64,000 nucleotides of DNA from Alphaproteobacteria bacterium (GTDB lineage Bacteria; Pseudomonadota; Alphaproteobacteria; CAISOG01), in contig JBIJBF010000005.1 in the NCBI GenBank assembly GCA_044345375.1, forward strand, positions 19,932 through 83,931, read 5' to 3'. The first letter of the stretch is position 1; each line of letters opens with the position of its first letter. This document shows positions 7,772-17,535 of the stretch, in pieces. The position numbers and the translations under genes are program-made. The notes beneath the pieces were generated by a model that was given only the letters and a program-made list of their open reading frames with translations, ran no database searches and was not told the origin of the DNA.

Positions 7772-9352
7772 GTGTCGGCTTCTAACCCTGCTGCTTTGAA
7801 ATCCGCCTCCGCGCTTAAAACAGCCCCCCCTCTTAAAACAGCAATTAGCCCAACCCGCGAGCAAAACTACCCCGAATGGTACCAGCAGGTGGTGGAACAG
7901 GCGGATTTGGCGGAGAACAGCCCCGTGCGCGGCTGCATGGTGATCAAGCCCTGGGGCTATGGGTTGTGGGAGCGGATCCAGCAAAAACTGGATGAGGCGT
8001 TCAAGGCAACCGGCCATGTCAACGCCTATTTCCCACTGCTGATCCCCCTGCGTTTGTTGCAGAAGGAGGCGGATCATGTGGCGGGCTTTGCCAAGGAATG
8101 CGCGGTGGTCACCCACCACCGCCTGGCCGCGGATGCCAACGGCAAGCTGCAGCCCGATGGCGCGTTGGAGGAGCCCTATGTCATCCGCCCCACCTCAGAG
8201 ACCATTATTGGGGAGGTTTATGCGAATTGGGTGAAATCCTATCGCGATTTGCCGATTCTGATCAACCAATGGGCGAACGTGATGCGCTGGGAAATGCGCA
8301 CCCGTATGTTTCTGCGCACCAGCGAATTTTTGTGGCAGGAGGGGCACACGGTGCATGCCACGGCGGCTGAGGCGGTTACGGAGGCCGAAATGATCTGGCA
8401 GCTCTATGCCGATTTTATGCGCGATTATTTGGCCATGCCGGCGATCATGGGGCGCAAAACCGCCAATGAGCGTTTTCCCGGCGCGGTGGAAACCTATGCG
8501 TTGGAGTCGATGATGCAGGATGGCAAGGCCCTGCAAATGGGCACATCCCACAATTTAGGGCAGAATTTTGCCAAAGCCGCCAATATTCAGTTTTTGGATA
8601 AAGATGGCCAGCACAAACACGCCCACACCACCTCATGGGGGGTCAGCACCCGCATGATTGGCGGCTTGATCATGACCCACAGCGATGACGATGGGCTGGT
8701 GTTGCCCCCCCGCGTGGCGGCCTCGCAGGTGGTGATTATCCCGATTATCCGTGATGAGGCGGGGGCTGAGGCGCTGTTGGCCTATTGCGAGAAGTTGGCG
8801 GCAACGCTGCGCCAACTGAGCTTTGCGGGGGAGGCGGTGCGGGTGCAAACCGACAAGCGCGATCTGAAGGGCAGCGACAAATTTTGGGAATGGGTGAAGC
8901 GCGGCGTGCCGATTCGCCTGGAAATTGGTCAGCGGGAGATGGAGCAGGACAGCGTAACCCTGTACCGCCGCGATTTGCCGCCCAAGGAGCGCATCACCCT
9001 TAGTCAAGCTGAACTGCAACAGCAGCTGCCAGACCTGCTGCAAGCCATGCAGGCCGGTTTGTTGGCGCGGGCTGAGGCGTTGCAAAGCGGCCGCAGCTAT
9101 CCCATCAGCAACCGCCAGCAGTTTGAGGAGATTTTCGGCCAAGCTGGGCAGGCTGAGGATTCGCGCGGCGCCAAGCCCTTGGGCTTTGCGATTGCCCCCT
9201 GGTCGGGGGATGGCGCGTTGGAGGATGAGCTGAAAAAGGCCTATGCCGTTACCGTGCGCTGCATCCTGCCCGAACCGCCCGCCAGCGGCGCGGTATGTGC
9301 CTTTACCGGCGCGCCCGCCCGCGAGATGGTCATTTTGGCCAAAAGTTATTAG
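7772..9352 (+). CDS. proS: Prolyl-tRNA synthetase, archaeal/eukaryote-like type (no bacterial editing insertion, C-terminal Zn domain ending in Tyr)
   Basis: YPEWYQQVVEQADL..SPVRGCMVIKPWGYGLWERIQ...GHVNAYFPLLIP matches the Thermus-type ProRS catalytic core, and the protein ends ...VCAFTGAPAREMVILAKSY. The start codon is uncertain: TTG/GTG after an AAGGA around 7772-7778, whereas the ATG ORF starts at 7637. Confidence 0.8.
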   Translation: MSASNPAALKSASALKTAPPLKTAISPTREQNYPEWYQQVVEQADLAENSPVRGCMVIKPWGYGLWERIQQKLDEAFKATGHVNAYFPLLIPLRLLQKEADHVAGFAKECAVVTHHRLAADANGKLQPDGALEEPYVIRPTSETIIGEVYANWVKSYRDLPILINQWANVMRWEMRTRMFLRTSEFLWQEGHTVHATAAEAVTEAEMIWQLYADFMRDYLAMPAIMGRKTANERFPGAVETYALESMMQDGKALQMGTSHNLGQNFAKAANIQFLDKDGQHKHAHTTSWGVSTRMIGGLIMTHSDDDGLVLPPRVAASQVVIIPIIRDEAGAEALLAYCEKLAATLRQLSFAGEAVRVQTDKRDLKGSDKFWEWVKRGVPIRLEIGQREMEQDSVTLYRRDLPPKERITLSQAELQQQLPDLLQAMQAGLLARAEALQSGRSYPISNRQQFEEIFGQAGQAEDSRGAKPLGFAIAPWSGDGALEDELKKAYAVTVRCILPEPPASGAVCAFTGAPAREMVILAKSY

Positions 9353-9374
9353 CAAGCCCAATTTTTTCCAGGAG

Positions 9375-10382
9375 ATGATGATGACCGCTGTTCCTATCCG
9401 CCACCATGTTTTTACCACCGGCAATGCGATGGTCGATGTGCTGGGGCAAGTTGATGACGCCCTGTTGCCGCAGCACGGTTTGCGCGCCAACGACAGCCGT
9501 CCCTTTGACGATCATGAAATGCTAAAGCTGTATCAGCAGATGCAGGCCACCACCGATCTCACCATTATGTCGGGCGGGTCAGCCGCCAACACCGCCGCCA
9601 TTGTGGCGCATTTGGGCGGATCAGCGGCCTATTGCGGGCGGGTTGGCGATGATGAGCTGGGGACGATGTATGGGCAGGAGCTGGCCGATCTTGGGGTGGC
9701 CACCGCCATTGCCCGCGATCCGGCGGCGCCAACCGGGCGCGTGCTTTCCCTGATCACCCACAACGGCGATCGGGCGATGACCTTTACGCTGGGCGCCTGC
9801 GCCAATCTGCATCCGCAGGATTTGTTGGCTGAGCAGGTGACCGCCGCCCATTTTACCCTGGTTGAGGGCTATTCCTGGGGTTCGCCAGGCCCCTTTGCCA
9901 CCAGCATGGCCGCGGTTGCGATCGCCAAGCAGGCTGGCCGCCGGGTGGCCTTTACCCTGTCCGCCCTGTTCATGATTGCCCCCAACCGCCAAGCCTTTCT
10001 GGACTTTATCGCCGAATCGGTCGATGTGCTGATCGGCAATGAGGAGGAGTTTGGGGAATTGCTGCAGTTGCAAACTGCGCCGCGTGAGGATTTGCTGGCG
10101 GCAGCACGCCCACTGGCGCCGGTGGTGGTGGTGACACTGGCCGGCGATGGGGCGGTGGCGCTGGTGGGGGATGACACCTATCGCTGCAACGCGGTGCCTG
10201 TTCCACGGGTGGTGGATGCAACCGGTGCGGGCGACAGTTTTGCCGGCGCTATGCTGTACAAATTGGCCAAGGGTGCGGGTTTTGAGGAGGCGCTGGCGTT
10301 GGGCGCGGCGACGGCATCCAAAGTGATTTCGCAAATCGGCGCGCGCCTGCCGCATCAGGGTGCGTTAGAAAAAGTCGGATGA
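9375..10382 (+). CDS. PfkB-family carbohydrate/nucleoside kinase (adenosine kinase-like)
   Basis: GGSAANTA near the N-terminus and a C-terminal DATGAGDSFAGAM anion-hole motif. GGAG Shine-Dalgarno before the ATG at 9375. Confidence 0.75.
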   Translation: MMMTAVPIRHHVFTTGNAMVDVLGQVDDALLPQHGLRANDSRPFDDHEMLKLYQQMQATTDLTIMSGGSAANTAAIVAHLGGSAAYCGRVGDDELGTMYGQELADLGVATAIARDPAAPTGRVLSLITHNGDRAMTFTLGACANLHPQDLLAEQVTAAHFTLVEGYSWGSPGPFATSMAAVAIAKQAGRRVAFTLSALFMIAPNRQAFLDFIAESVDVLIGNEEEFGELLQLQTAPREDLLAAARPLAPVVVVTLAGDGAVALVGDDTYRCNAVPVPRVVDATGAGDSFAGAMLYKLAKGAGFEEALALGAATASKVISQIGARLPHQGALEKVG

Positions 10383-11671
10383 GCCAAGCCACCGCCTACC
10401 TGCAGGCGCGGCTGGCTGGCTTTGCCAACCGCCGTTTGTGGTGCGTGGGCTTGCTGGGGATTGCGGCGGGCTTGCCCTTTGGCGCATTGGCCGATCCGCT
10501 TAGCGCGTGGTTGGTGGAGCATGGGTTGGGGCTGGGCAGCATCGGGCTGTTTGCCTTCCTAAGCTTGCCCTATACCCTGAAACCTTTGTGGGCACCGCTG
10601 CTGGATCACTACCGGCCGCCGTTTTTGCTGCGGCGGTTGGGTCGGCGGCGGGGGTGGCTGCTGCTGCTGCAACTGCTGGGCTTTGTGGCGTTAAGCACTT
10701 TGGGGTGGATCAACCCCGCCACCCAGATTTGGGCAACGGTGGTGGTGGTGTTTTTCTTTGCGGTGGTGTCCGCCAGCCAAGATATTTTGGTCGATGCCGT
10801 GCGGGTTGAGATTTTAACCGAGGCCGAGGCGCCGTTGGGGGCGGCGGTGGTGATTCCCGCCTATCGCATCGGCATGTTGTTGGCGGGGGCTGGCGGCCTG
10901 GCGCTGGCGCAAACCAACGGCTGGACGGTGGCGTGGGTGGCGATGGCCGCCTGTTTGGGCTTTGGCGCGCTGGGCACGCTGCTGCTGCCCCTGCAACCGA
11001 CACCCGCTGCCCTGACGAACCCCGGCCAGCTTAGCAGCCGACAAATGCTGCGCGATGGCTTTGTGATGCCGTTTCGCCATTTGTTGCAACGCCCCGATGC
11101 GGGTTGGTTTTTGGCCTTTGTGCTGCTGTACCGCATCTCCGACGGGTTTTTTGCGCCGATGCGGGTGCCGATGCTGCTGGCGGTGGGCTTTGACAAGCTG
11201 ACCTTGGCGGAAATCAACAAATTGGTGGGTTTTGCCGCCACGCTGGTGGGTGGGTTTGTGGCGCAGGGCCTGATCCGCCGCTTTGGCCTGTACCGCTTGT
11301 TGTGGTGGGGCGCCTTTGCGCAGGGGGCCAGCAATTTGTTGTTCTGGCCGCTGCAATGGATGGGCGCGGATCGGTTGATGCTGATGACGGCGGTGGCATC
11401 CGACAATTTCGTTGGCGGCGTGGTGTCGATCGCTGTTGTGGTGCTGCTGACCCGTGCCTGCAACCACCCGGACTACACCGCCAGCCAATACGCGGCGCTG
11501 AGCGCGGTGGTGGCCCTGTCGCGCACGATGGTCAGCGGCGTGACCGGCTATGTGGCGCTGGCGCTGGGGTGGAGCGGGTTTTTGTGGCTAAGCGCGGTGT
11601 TGTCGCTGATCGCCCTGCCGCTGCTGTGGCGCATCAAGGCGGGGTTTGTGCAGGAAACACGCACGAATTGA
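10379..11671 (+). CDS. ampG: AmpG-family muropeptide MFS permease
   Basis: 12-TM major-facilitator protein with an AmpG-like N-terminal region. The ATGA start overlaps the stop of the kinase gene. Confidence 0.7.
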   Translation: MSQATAYLQARLAGFANRRLWCVGLLGIAAGLPFGALADPLSAWLVEHGLGLGSIGLFAFLSLPYTLKPLWAPLLDHYRPPFLLRRLGRRRGWLLLLQLLGFVALSTLGWINPATQIWATVVVVFFFAVVSASQDILVDAVRVEILTEAEAPLGAAVVIPAYRIGMLLAGAGGLALAQTNGWTVAWVAMAACLGFGALGTLLLPLQPTPAALTNPGQLSSRQMLRDGFVMPFRHLLQRPDAGWFLAFVLLYRISDGFFAPMRVPMLLAVGFDKLTLAEINKLVGFAATLVGGFVAQGLIRRFGLYRLLWWGAFAQGASNLLFWPLQWMGADRLMLMTAVASDNFVGGVVSIAVVVLLTRACNHPDYTASQYAALSAVVALSRTMVSGVTGYVALALGWSGFLWLSAVLSLIALPLLWRIKAGFVQETRTN

Positions 11672-11732
11672 CCAAATTGCCGCTTAGGGCTTATGCTGTG
11701 CCAATTCTAAAGGTTAAGAAACAGGAGATTTT

Positions 11733-13613
11733 ATGTTACAGGCCATCCGCAACCGCGCATCCGGTTTTCTGACGCGGCTTCTTTTCGTCGCGCTGATTGC
11801 CAGTTTTGCGCTGTGGGGCATTGCGGATGTGTTCCGCAGCGGTTTTGGTCAGGTCACGGTGGCCAAGGTGGGCAAGCAACGCATCCATCTGGATGAGTTT
11901 CGTCAATCGCTGGAGGTTGAGATTGGGCGGATGCAGGCCAACAGCGCCCAGCCGATCAGCATGAAAATCCTGAAAGAACAGGGGCAGCTGACTGAGGTGG
12001 CCAATGCCATGTTGGAACGCAGCATCATGTCGGCCTACAGCCAGCATTTGGGGCTGAACACCGATCCGGCCAGCGTGGCGGCGGCGATTCTGCAACAATC
12101 GGGTCTAAAGGATGCCAGCGGCAATTTTGATCACGCCAAGCTGCTTGAGGGGTTGGCGCGTTTGCAAATGACCGAGGCCGATTATGCGGCTGAGGTTAGC
12201 CGGCAGTTGTCGGTTAGCCGGTTATATCAGGCGGTTGGCACGGTGTTGCATCTGCCCGCCCCGTTGCTGCGCGGGATTGCGGCGGGGGAGTTTCAACAGC
12301 GCAAAATCGATTATGTGCAGCTGCCGGTGGCGTCGTTAAAAATTGCCGAACCCAGCGAGGCCGATTTGCAGGCCTATTACCAGGCCAACATCAACATGTT
12401 TCTTGAGCGCGATTACCGCAGCCTTTCCGTCGTTTCCTTTGACGCGCCATCGATTGCCGAACGCCTGCCGGTGACCGATCAGGCGATTGCTGAGGCGTAT
12501 CAACAGGCGCTGCCCTCCTACCAAATTCCTGAGCAACGGGTGGTGACGCAGCTGCTGTTTGCGGATGAGGCCAAGGCGCGCCAAGCCTATGACCAATTGC
12601 AGGCCAACAACCGCAAGCCAACAGCGTCTGAGGTGGAAAAATGGGGGGGCATTCAGAATGATTTGGGCGCGGTCGGCAGGGCGGATCTGCCAGCTGAATT
12701 GGCGGATCGGGTGTTTGCGGACGCGGTTGGTTGGCGTGAACCGATCAAAAGCCCGCTTGGCTGGCATGTGGTTCGGGTGGACTCGATCAACCCACCGCGC
12801 ACCCGGGCACTGGCTGAGGTACGGCAACAGCTGCGCGACATCATTGCCCTGCGCGATGCCAACCGCCTGCTAAGCGAGCTGCAAACCAAGGTTGAGGACA
12901 GCCTGGCCGGTGGCGGCAATTTGGAGGAGGTGGCGAAGCTGACCGCCCAGCCGATCAAGAAAATCGCGGCGGTTGATCGCTGGGGGCAAGACGCCGCCAG
13001 CAAAGATATCGCCGGCCTGCCCAACACGCCAGCGATCAGAGATGCCATTTTTGCCACCGATGTCGGCAAGCTTGGCAACCTGATGACGCTTGATAACGGT
13101 GGATTTTTGCTGTTTCGGGTGGATCATGAAACCCCCGTTCAGCCCAAAAGCTTTGCATCGGTGCGGGCGCAGGTGCAGCGCGCGGTGGTGCTGAAACGTC
13201 AGCAGGATACAGGTTCGGCAAAATTGGCGCAGTTGCAGAAAAAGGCTCAAGAAAACGGGGCAAGCCTGGCGGCGGTGGTCACGGCTGAGGGGTTGAGTGT
13301 TCGGACCTCCGATTGGTTCGCGCAGGAGGATAACCCGTTGAAACTGCCGCCAAGCGTGCTGATCAAACTGTTTCAATCGCCCAAACAAACCATCCTGACC
13401 GGCCAAGATGCCGAAAAACTGTGGTTGGTGCAGCTAAGCGATTTCCGCGAATTTACCCCCGACCCTAGCGCGCCCTTATCCCGCAGCTATGAGCAGCTGC
13501 GCACCGGCCTGACCGAAAGCCTGCAGGCCGATGTGTTGGACGCGCTGCAAAAAGATGTGCGCACCAGTTTAAAGGTAAAAATCAACCAGTCAGCGATCAT
13601 GGGGCTGTATTAG
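11733..13613 (+). CDS. ppiD: Periplasmic chaperone / peptidyl-prolyl isomerase PpiD-like
   Basis: N-terminal membrane anchor (FLTRLLFVALIASFALWGIADVF), a SurA-N-like chaperone region and a parvulin-type segment (SPLGWHVVRV). Confidence 0.7.
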   Translation: MLQAIRNRASGFLTRLLFVALIASFALWGIADVFRSGFGQVTVAKVGKQRIHLDEFRQSLEVEIGRMQANSAQPISMKILKEQGQLTEVANAMLERSIMSAYSQHLGLNTDPASVAAAILQQSGLKDASGNFDHAKLLEGLARLQMTEADYAAEVSRQLSVSRLYQAVGTVLHLPAPLLRGIAAGEFQQRKIDYVQLPVASLKIAEPSEADLQAYYQANINMFLERDYRSLSVVSFDAPSIAERLPVTDQAIAEAYQQALPSYQIPEQRVVTQLLFADEAKARQAYDQLQANNRKPTASEVEKWGGIQNDLGAVGRADLPAELADRVFADAVGWREPIKSPLGWHVVRVDSINPPRTRALAEVRQQLRDIIALRDANRLLSELQTKVEDSLAGGGNLEEVAKLTAQPIKKIAAVDRWGQDAASKDIAGLPNTPAIRDAIFATDVGKLGNLMTLDNGGFLLFRVDHETPVQPKSFASVRAQVQRAVVLKRQQDTGSAKLAQLQKKAQENGASLAAVVTAEGLSVRTSDWFAQEDNPLKLPPSVLIKLFQSPKQTILTGQDAEKLWLVQLSDFREFTPDPSAPLSRSYEQLRTGLTESLQADVLDALQKDVRTSLKVKINQSAIMGLY

Positions 13614-15109
13614 TGGCGTTGACGCCTGACTTTGAGGCCTTTGCGGCCAGCTGGTTGCAAAAGGAAGCTGCTGAGCAATTCCAGGATATCTGCGTTGCCC
13701 GCACCCTGATTGCCGACATGCTAACGCCGGTTGCCGCCTATCAGGCCCTGCGCGATCCAGCTGAAGTTTCGATGATTTTTGAGTCGGTTGAGGGGGGGTT
13801 AAGCCGTGGCCGCTACTCCATCATCGTCGGCAATCCGTTAAGCGTTTGGCGGTTGAAGCAGGGTGTGGTAGACGGCGGCGCGCCAGCTGGCAAGCCAGAT
13901 GTGCTGGCCAGTTTGCGGCACTTCATCCAATCGGCCAAGGCGGCCGTGCCCCCCAATCTGCCCGCCTTTGCGCAGGGGGTGTTTGGCTATCTTGGCCATG
14001 ATCTGATCCGTTGTGTTGAGGATTTGCCGCGCCTGAAGCCGCAACAGCTGGATATGGCCGACGGCGTGTTGATCAAGCCCGCCACCCTGTTGATTTTCGA
14101 TCATGTCTATGACCGCTTAACGCTGGTGCAACGGGTTATCCCGCAATCAGGGGAAACGGCGGCGGCTGGTTATGCGCGGGCGAACGCGTTGATTCAGGGG
14201 GTGGTGGATCGCTTGCTGGCCGCCAAGCCCGATTTGCCGGATGAGGTGGCGGCAGGCTCATCCAGCCCTGCAAAGCATGCCGTGACCAGCAATTTTCCCG
14301 ACGGCCACTACCAAAAACTGGTGACCGAGGTTAAGGAGTTGATTGCGGCGGGGGAGGTGTATCAGCTGGTGCCCACCCAGATTTTCAGCCGTCCCTTTGC
14401 GGGCAGCGGCTGGCAGCTGTACCGCCAGTTGCGTCGGCTGAACCCGTCGCCCTTTCTGTTTTGCTTGGAGTTTCCCGAACTGGCGGTGGTGGGATCCAGC
14501 CCAGAAATTCTGGTGCGGGTGCGCAACCACCAGGTCACGGTGCGGCCGCTGGCTGGCACCCGCCCGCGCGGCGCCGATGAAGCGCGGGATCAACAATTGG
14601 CGCAGGAATTGTTGGCGGATCCTAAGGATCGGTCAGAGCATCTGATGCTGCTGGATCTTGGCCGCAACGATGTGGGGCGGGTGGCCAAAATCGGCAGCGT
14701 CACGGTGACCGAGCAATTCGTGATCGAACGCTATTCGCACGTCATGCATCTGGTTTCCAACGTCACCGGGCAATTGTTGGCGGATAAAGACGCGGTGGAT
14801 GCGGTGTTGGCGGGCTTTCCGGCCGGCACGGTAACCGGCGCGCCCAAGATTCGGGCGATGCAGCTGCTGGACCAGTTGGAGCCCACCGCGCGCAACCTGT
14901 ACGGCGGCCTGATCGGCTATTTCACCGCCGACCATCAGGCCGATACCTGCATCGCCATTCGCACCGGCCTGGTTAAAGATGGCCAGCTGTATGTGCAGGC
15001 CGGCGCGGGTTTGGTCGCAGACAGCGACCCCGAATCGGAACATCAAGAATGCGTCAACAAGGCGCGGGCGTTGTTGGCGGCCGCTGATGCGGTGGATTTG
15101 GCGGGGTAG
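13613..15109 (+). CDS. trpE: Anthranilate synthase component I
   Basis: Chorismate-binding signature (PGEVYQLVPTQ, LLDLGRNDVGRV, GAPKIRAMQLLDQLE, GGLIGYF). The GTG start overlaps the ppiD stop. Confidence 0.85.
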   Translation: MALTPDFEAFAASWLQKEAAEQFQDICVARTLIADMLTPVAAYQALRDPAEVSMIFESVEGGLSRGRYSIIVGNPLSVWRLKQGVVDGGAPAGKPDVLASLRHFIQSAKAAVPPNLPAFAQGVFGYLGHDLIRCVEDLPRLKPQQLDMADGVLIKPATLLIFDHVYDRLTLVQRVIPQSGETAAAGYARANALIQGVVDRLLAAKPDLPDEVAAGSSSPAKHAVTSNFPDGHYQKLVTEVKELIAAGEVYQLVPTQIFSRPFAGSGWQLYRQLRRLNPSPFLFCLEFPELAVVGSSPEILVRVRNHQVTVRPLAGTRPRGADEARDQQLAQELLADPKDRSEHLMLLDLGRNDVGRVAKIGSVTVTEQFVIERYSHVMHLVSNVTGQLLADKDAVDAVLAGFPAGTVTGAPKIRAMQLLDQLEPTARNLYGGLIGYFTADHQADTCIAIRTGLVKDGQLYVQAGAGLVADSDPESEHQECVNKARALLAAADAVDLAG

Positions 15110-15120
15110 AGCCGTCCCCT

Positions 15121-15240
15121 AGAACCACCCCGTCAGGCTTCGCCTGCCACCCCTCCGAAAAGGGGAATAAGTAGGCCGGAAATTCCCCTATTATAATTCC
15201 CCTCCTGCGGAGGGGTGCCCGAAGGGCGGGGTGGTTCTTT
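15121..15240. repeat. Family-A MITE-like repeat, copy 2: compact form with arm A' then arm A and a short spacer
   Basis: GAACCACCCCGTCAGGCTTCGCCTGCCACCCCTCC...TTCCCCTCCTGCGGAGGGGTGCCCGAAGGGCGGGGTGGTTC, placed immediately after the trpE stop. Confidence 0.8.
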
Positions 15241-15267
15241 ATGGGGTGGTTGCGCAAAGCGTAACCC

Positions 15268-17139
15268 CTACATATCCCCCCGCAGCGATCCGCCCCAGGT
15301 TAGGCGGAGGGCGTAGAGGATGGCCAGTGCGTCGATCAATTCTTGCAGCAGGGCGCCGGTAACGGGGGGGATGGCGCCGGCGGCGGCAAAGCCCATGCCG
15401 ATCAGGCTAAGCCCGATGCCGCCGATGCCGGCCTGCAGGGCGATGCGGCGCATGGCCAGGCTTAGGTGCAGCAGCTCATCGACCTTAGCCAAGGTGTTTT
15501 CCAAAATCACCGCGCCGGCCGCCTCAGCCGTCACATTGCCGCTGCTGGTGCTGGCGCTGCCAAAGGCGATGCCAACGGTGGCGGCGGTCAGGGCAGGGGC
15601 ATCGTTGATGCCATCCCCCATAAACAGGGTGGGCGCGCGGGCGGTTTCGGCGCGCACAATCGCCAATTTTTGCTCAGGGCTTTGCGAGGCCAGGGTGTTG
15701 GGAATGCCCAGCATCGCCGCCAGATAGTCCACCTCAGTGGCGCGATCGCCCGACACCAGCATGATTTTGTCGAATTGATGTTGGGGGCCCAAATGCTTGA
15801 TAAAAAATTTGCTGTCCGCCCGTGGGCTGTCACGAAAGCGCAGCAAACCGGCGTAAGCGCCATCGATGGTGATCACGCACTCCAACCCCGCCGCGGTATC
15901 GGGCAGGCGGGCGGCGGCGCTTGGATCGCTTTTCAGCAATTTGGCGCGGGAGGTGACCTGAACGGTTTTTCCCCCCACCAAACCGGTCAGCCCCTGCCCA
16001 GCCCGCTCCCCCACGCTGCTGGCGGTCAGAAGGGGCAAGGATTGGTCGGATGCGGCCTTTAGAATCGCGCTTGCCAGCGGGTGCTTGGAATAGCGTTCCA
16101 GGCTGGCCACCAGTTGCAGCAGCTGATCGGCGGTCAGGGTATGGGCTGTATCGGCGGCGGGAGCAATATCGGTCAGTTCCGGCTGGCCATAGGTCAGCGT
16201 GCCGGTTTTGTCAAAAATGGCGGTGCGGCAGGTGGGCAGACGTTCCAGCACCGTCGGGTCTTTGATCACAATCCCGCGCCGCGCCGCCATCGAAATCGCG
16301 CTGATCAGGGTGATGGGAATGGCGATCAGCAGCGGGCAGGGGGTGGCGATCACCAGCACCGCCAAAAATCTGGTGACATCGCCAGATAGGTACCAACTGG
16401 CAAGGGCTATTCCCAAGGCAATCGGGATAAAAATCGCGCCCAATTGATCGGCCAGCCGCCGCATGGTGGGGCGTTTTTGCTCAGCCTCAACCATCACCTG
16501 CATGATGGTGGCGTATCTGGAATCGGCGGGCAGGCGGTCGGTTTGCACCACCAACACCGATTCGCCGTTGATCGCGCCGGAAAGCACGGTGGCGCCGGGC
16601 GCCTTATCCACCTGATAGGGTTCGCCGGTCAGGTACGATTCATCCATGCTGCCGTGCCCATCCACCACCGTGCCATCAACAGGGCAGGGATCATGGGGGT
16701 TGACGACGATGTGGTCGCCAAGCGCAATTTCAGCCAGCGCAATCGCCTCAATCTGCTCGCCCCGTTTGCGGTTGGCCAGGCTGGGCATGCGGTTGGCCAG
16801 GGCTGACAGCGCGGCGGATGCCCTGCGCATCGCGTAAGCCTCCAACGCTTGGCCGCCCGCCAGCATGATGACGATCAACACCGCCGCCAAATATTCGCCC
16901 AGCCAGGTGGCGACCAGCAGGGCGATGGCGGCCAACAAATCGGCGCCGAAATCCCGATGCGCCAGCTTTTGCCCAATTTGTTTCAGCATCGGAACGCCGC
17001 CCACCCCTAAGATCACCCATAGCGGCCAATTCTGCTGTAACGCTAGGTGCAAAAACATCGCCAGAAGGGCAGCCGCGCTAAGGCCAATCTGCCACGGCAA
17101 GCCCGCCAGTTGTTTGGGGAGGGAGAAACGGTGGGGCAA
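15268..17139 (-). CDS. P1B-type heavy-metal translocating ATPase without an N-terminal metal-binding domain
   Basis: TGEP actuator motif, CPC in TM6 (ATPCPLLIA), DKTGTLT phosphorylation site and GDGINDAPAL. The protein starts directly with transmembrane helices and has no GMTCxxC domain. Confidence 0.85.
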   Translation of the reverse strand: MPHRFSLPKQLAGLPWQIGLSAAALLAMFLHLALQQNWPLWVILGVGGVPMLKQIGQKLAHRDFGADLLAAIALLVATWLGEYLAAVLIVIMLAGGQALEAYAMRRASAALSALANRMPSLANRKRGEQIEAIALAEIALGDHIVVNPHDPCPVDGTVVDGHGSMDESYLTGEPYQVDKAPGATVLSGAINGESVLVVQTDRLPADSRYATIMQVMVEAEQKRPTMRRLADQLGAIFIPIALGIALASWYLSGDVTRFLAVLVIATPCPLLIAIPITLISAISMAARRGIVIKDPTVLERLPTCRTAIFDKTGTLTYGQPELTDIAPAADTAHTLTADQLLQLVASLERYSKHPLASAILKAASDQSLPLLTASSVGERAGQGLTGLVGGKTVQVTSRAKLLKSDPSAAARLPDTAAGLECVITIDGAYAGLLRFRDSPRADSKFFIKHLGPQHQFDKIMLVSGDRATEVDYLAAMLGIPNTLASQSPEQKLAIVRAETARAPTLFMGDGINDAPALTAATVGIAFGSASTSSGNVTAEAAGAVILENTLAKVDELLHLSLAMRRIALQAGIGGIGLSLIGMGFAAAGAIPPVTGALLQELIDALAILYALRLTWGGSLRGDM

Positions 17140-17260
17140 GGGATCAACCAGGGGGTGGCCAAGGGGTGGATGGTGTTCTTAGAAAAAGCAAAAAGTTTTT
17201 ATAGAATCAATTAGTGGTTGAAGCCTACCAAATCGCTGCCGAAACGGCAACCAACCAGAA

Positions 17261-17290
17261 TTGACAGGTGGGTGTGGCGTAAGACAGTAT
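17261..17290 (+). promoter_or_regulatory. Sigma70-like promoter candidate (TTGACA, 18 nt spacer, CAGTAT)
   Basis: Consensus -35 hexamer with a plausible -10 in the AT-rich island. A second candidate (TTGACA, 17 nt, TACAGT) lies at 17353-17381 and overlaps the first copy of a 17-bp direct repeat (GTAAAGAAATGGTTAC / GTAAAGAAATCGTTAC at 17362-17406). Confidence 0.3.
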
Positions 17291-17454
17291 CTTAGCAATC
17301 CTGCTAAAGTTTATTTTTATATGCGCAAAATTCATCTAAAAGTTGAATGATCTTGACAGATGGTAAAGAAATGGTTACAGTGAATTTATAGTAAAGAAAT
17401 CGTTACCTGGCCAGTTCAGTTTTTTTTTAGACACGTGCCTTGTTGAGATCAGAC

Positions 17455-17535
17455 ATGACCATTTTTGTATCATTTTTGTTGTTGCTTGGTGTGGCCGGAT
17501 TCATCAGCACGCATGTTGTGCTGGGCAAACATTAA
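17455..17535 (+). CDS. Candidate 26-aa hydrophobic small protein (MTIFVSFLLLLGVAGFISTHVVLGKH)
   Basis: Short ORF downstream of the promoter-like elements with a single predicted transmembrane helix. No strong Shine-Dalgarno. Speculative. Confidence 0.2.
   Translation: MTIFVSFLLLLGVAGFISTHVVLGKH

Noticed and set aside
8633-9490. 285-aa antisense ORF spanning the proS 3' half
   Set aside because: Shadow ORF rich in Arg/Gly/Ala, with no start context. proS on the + strand is well supported.
10814-11488. Two long antisense ORFs (224 and 200 aa) inside ampG
   Set aside because: Pro/Arg/Gln-rich shadow ORFs of a high-GC coding region. The ampG frame has a coherent 12-TM membrane-protein signal.
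17401-17432. T9 tract as an intrinsic terminator
   Set aside because: The preceding CTGGCCAG forms only a 4-bp self-complementary stem with no loop, too weak to call a rho-independent terminator.
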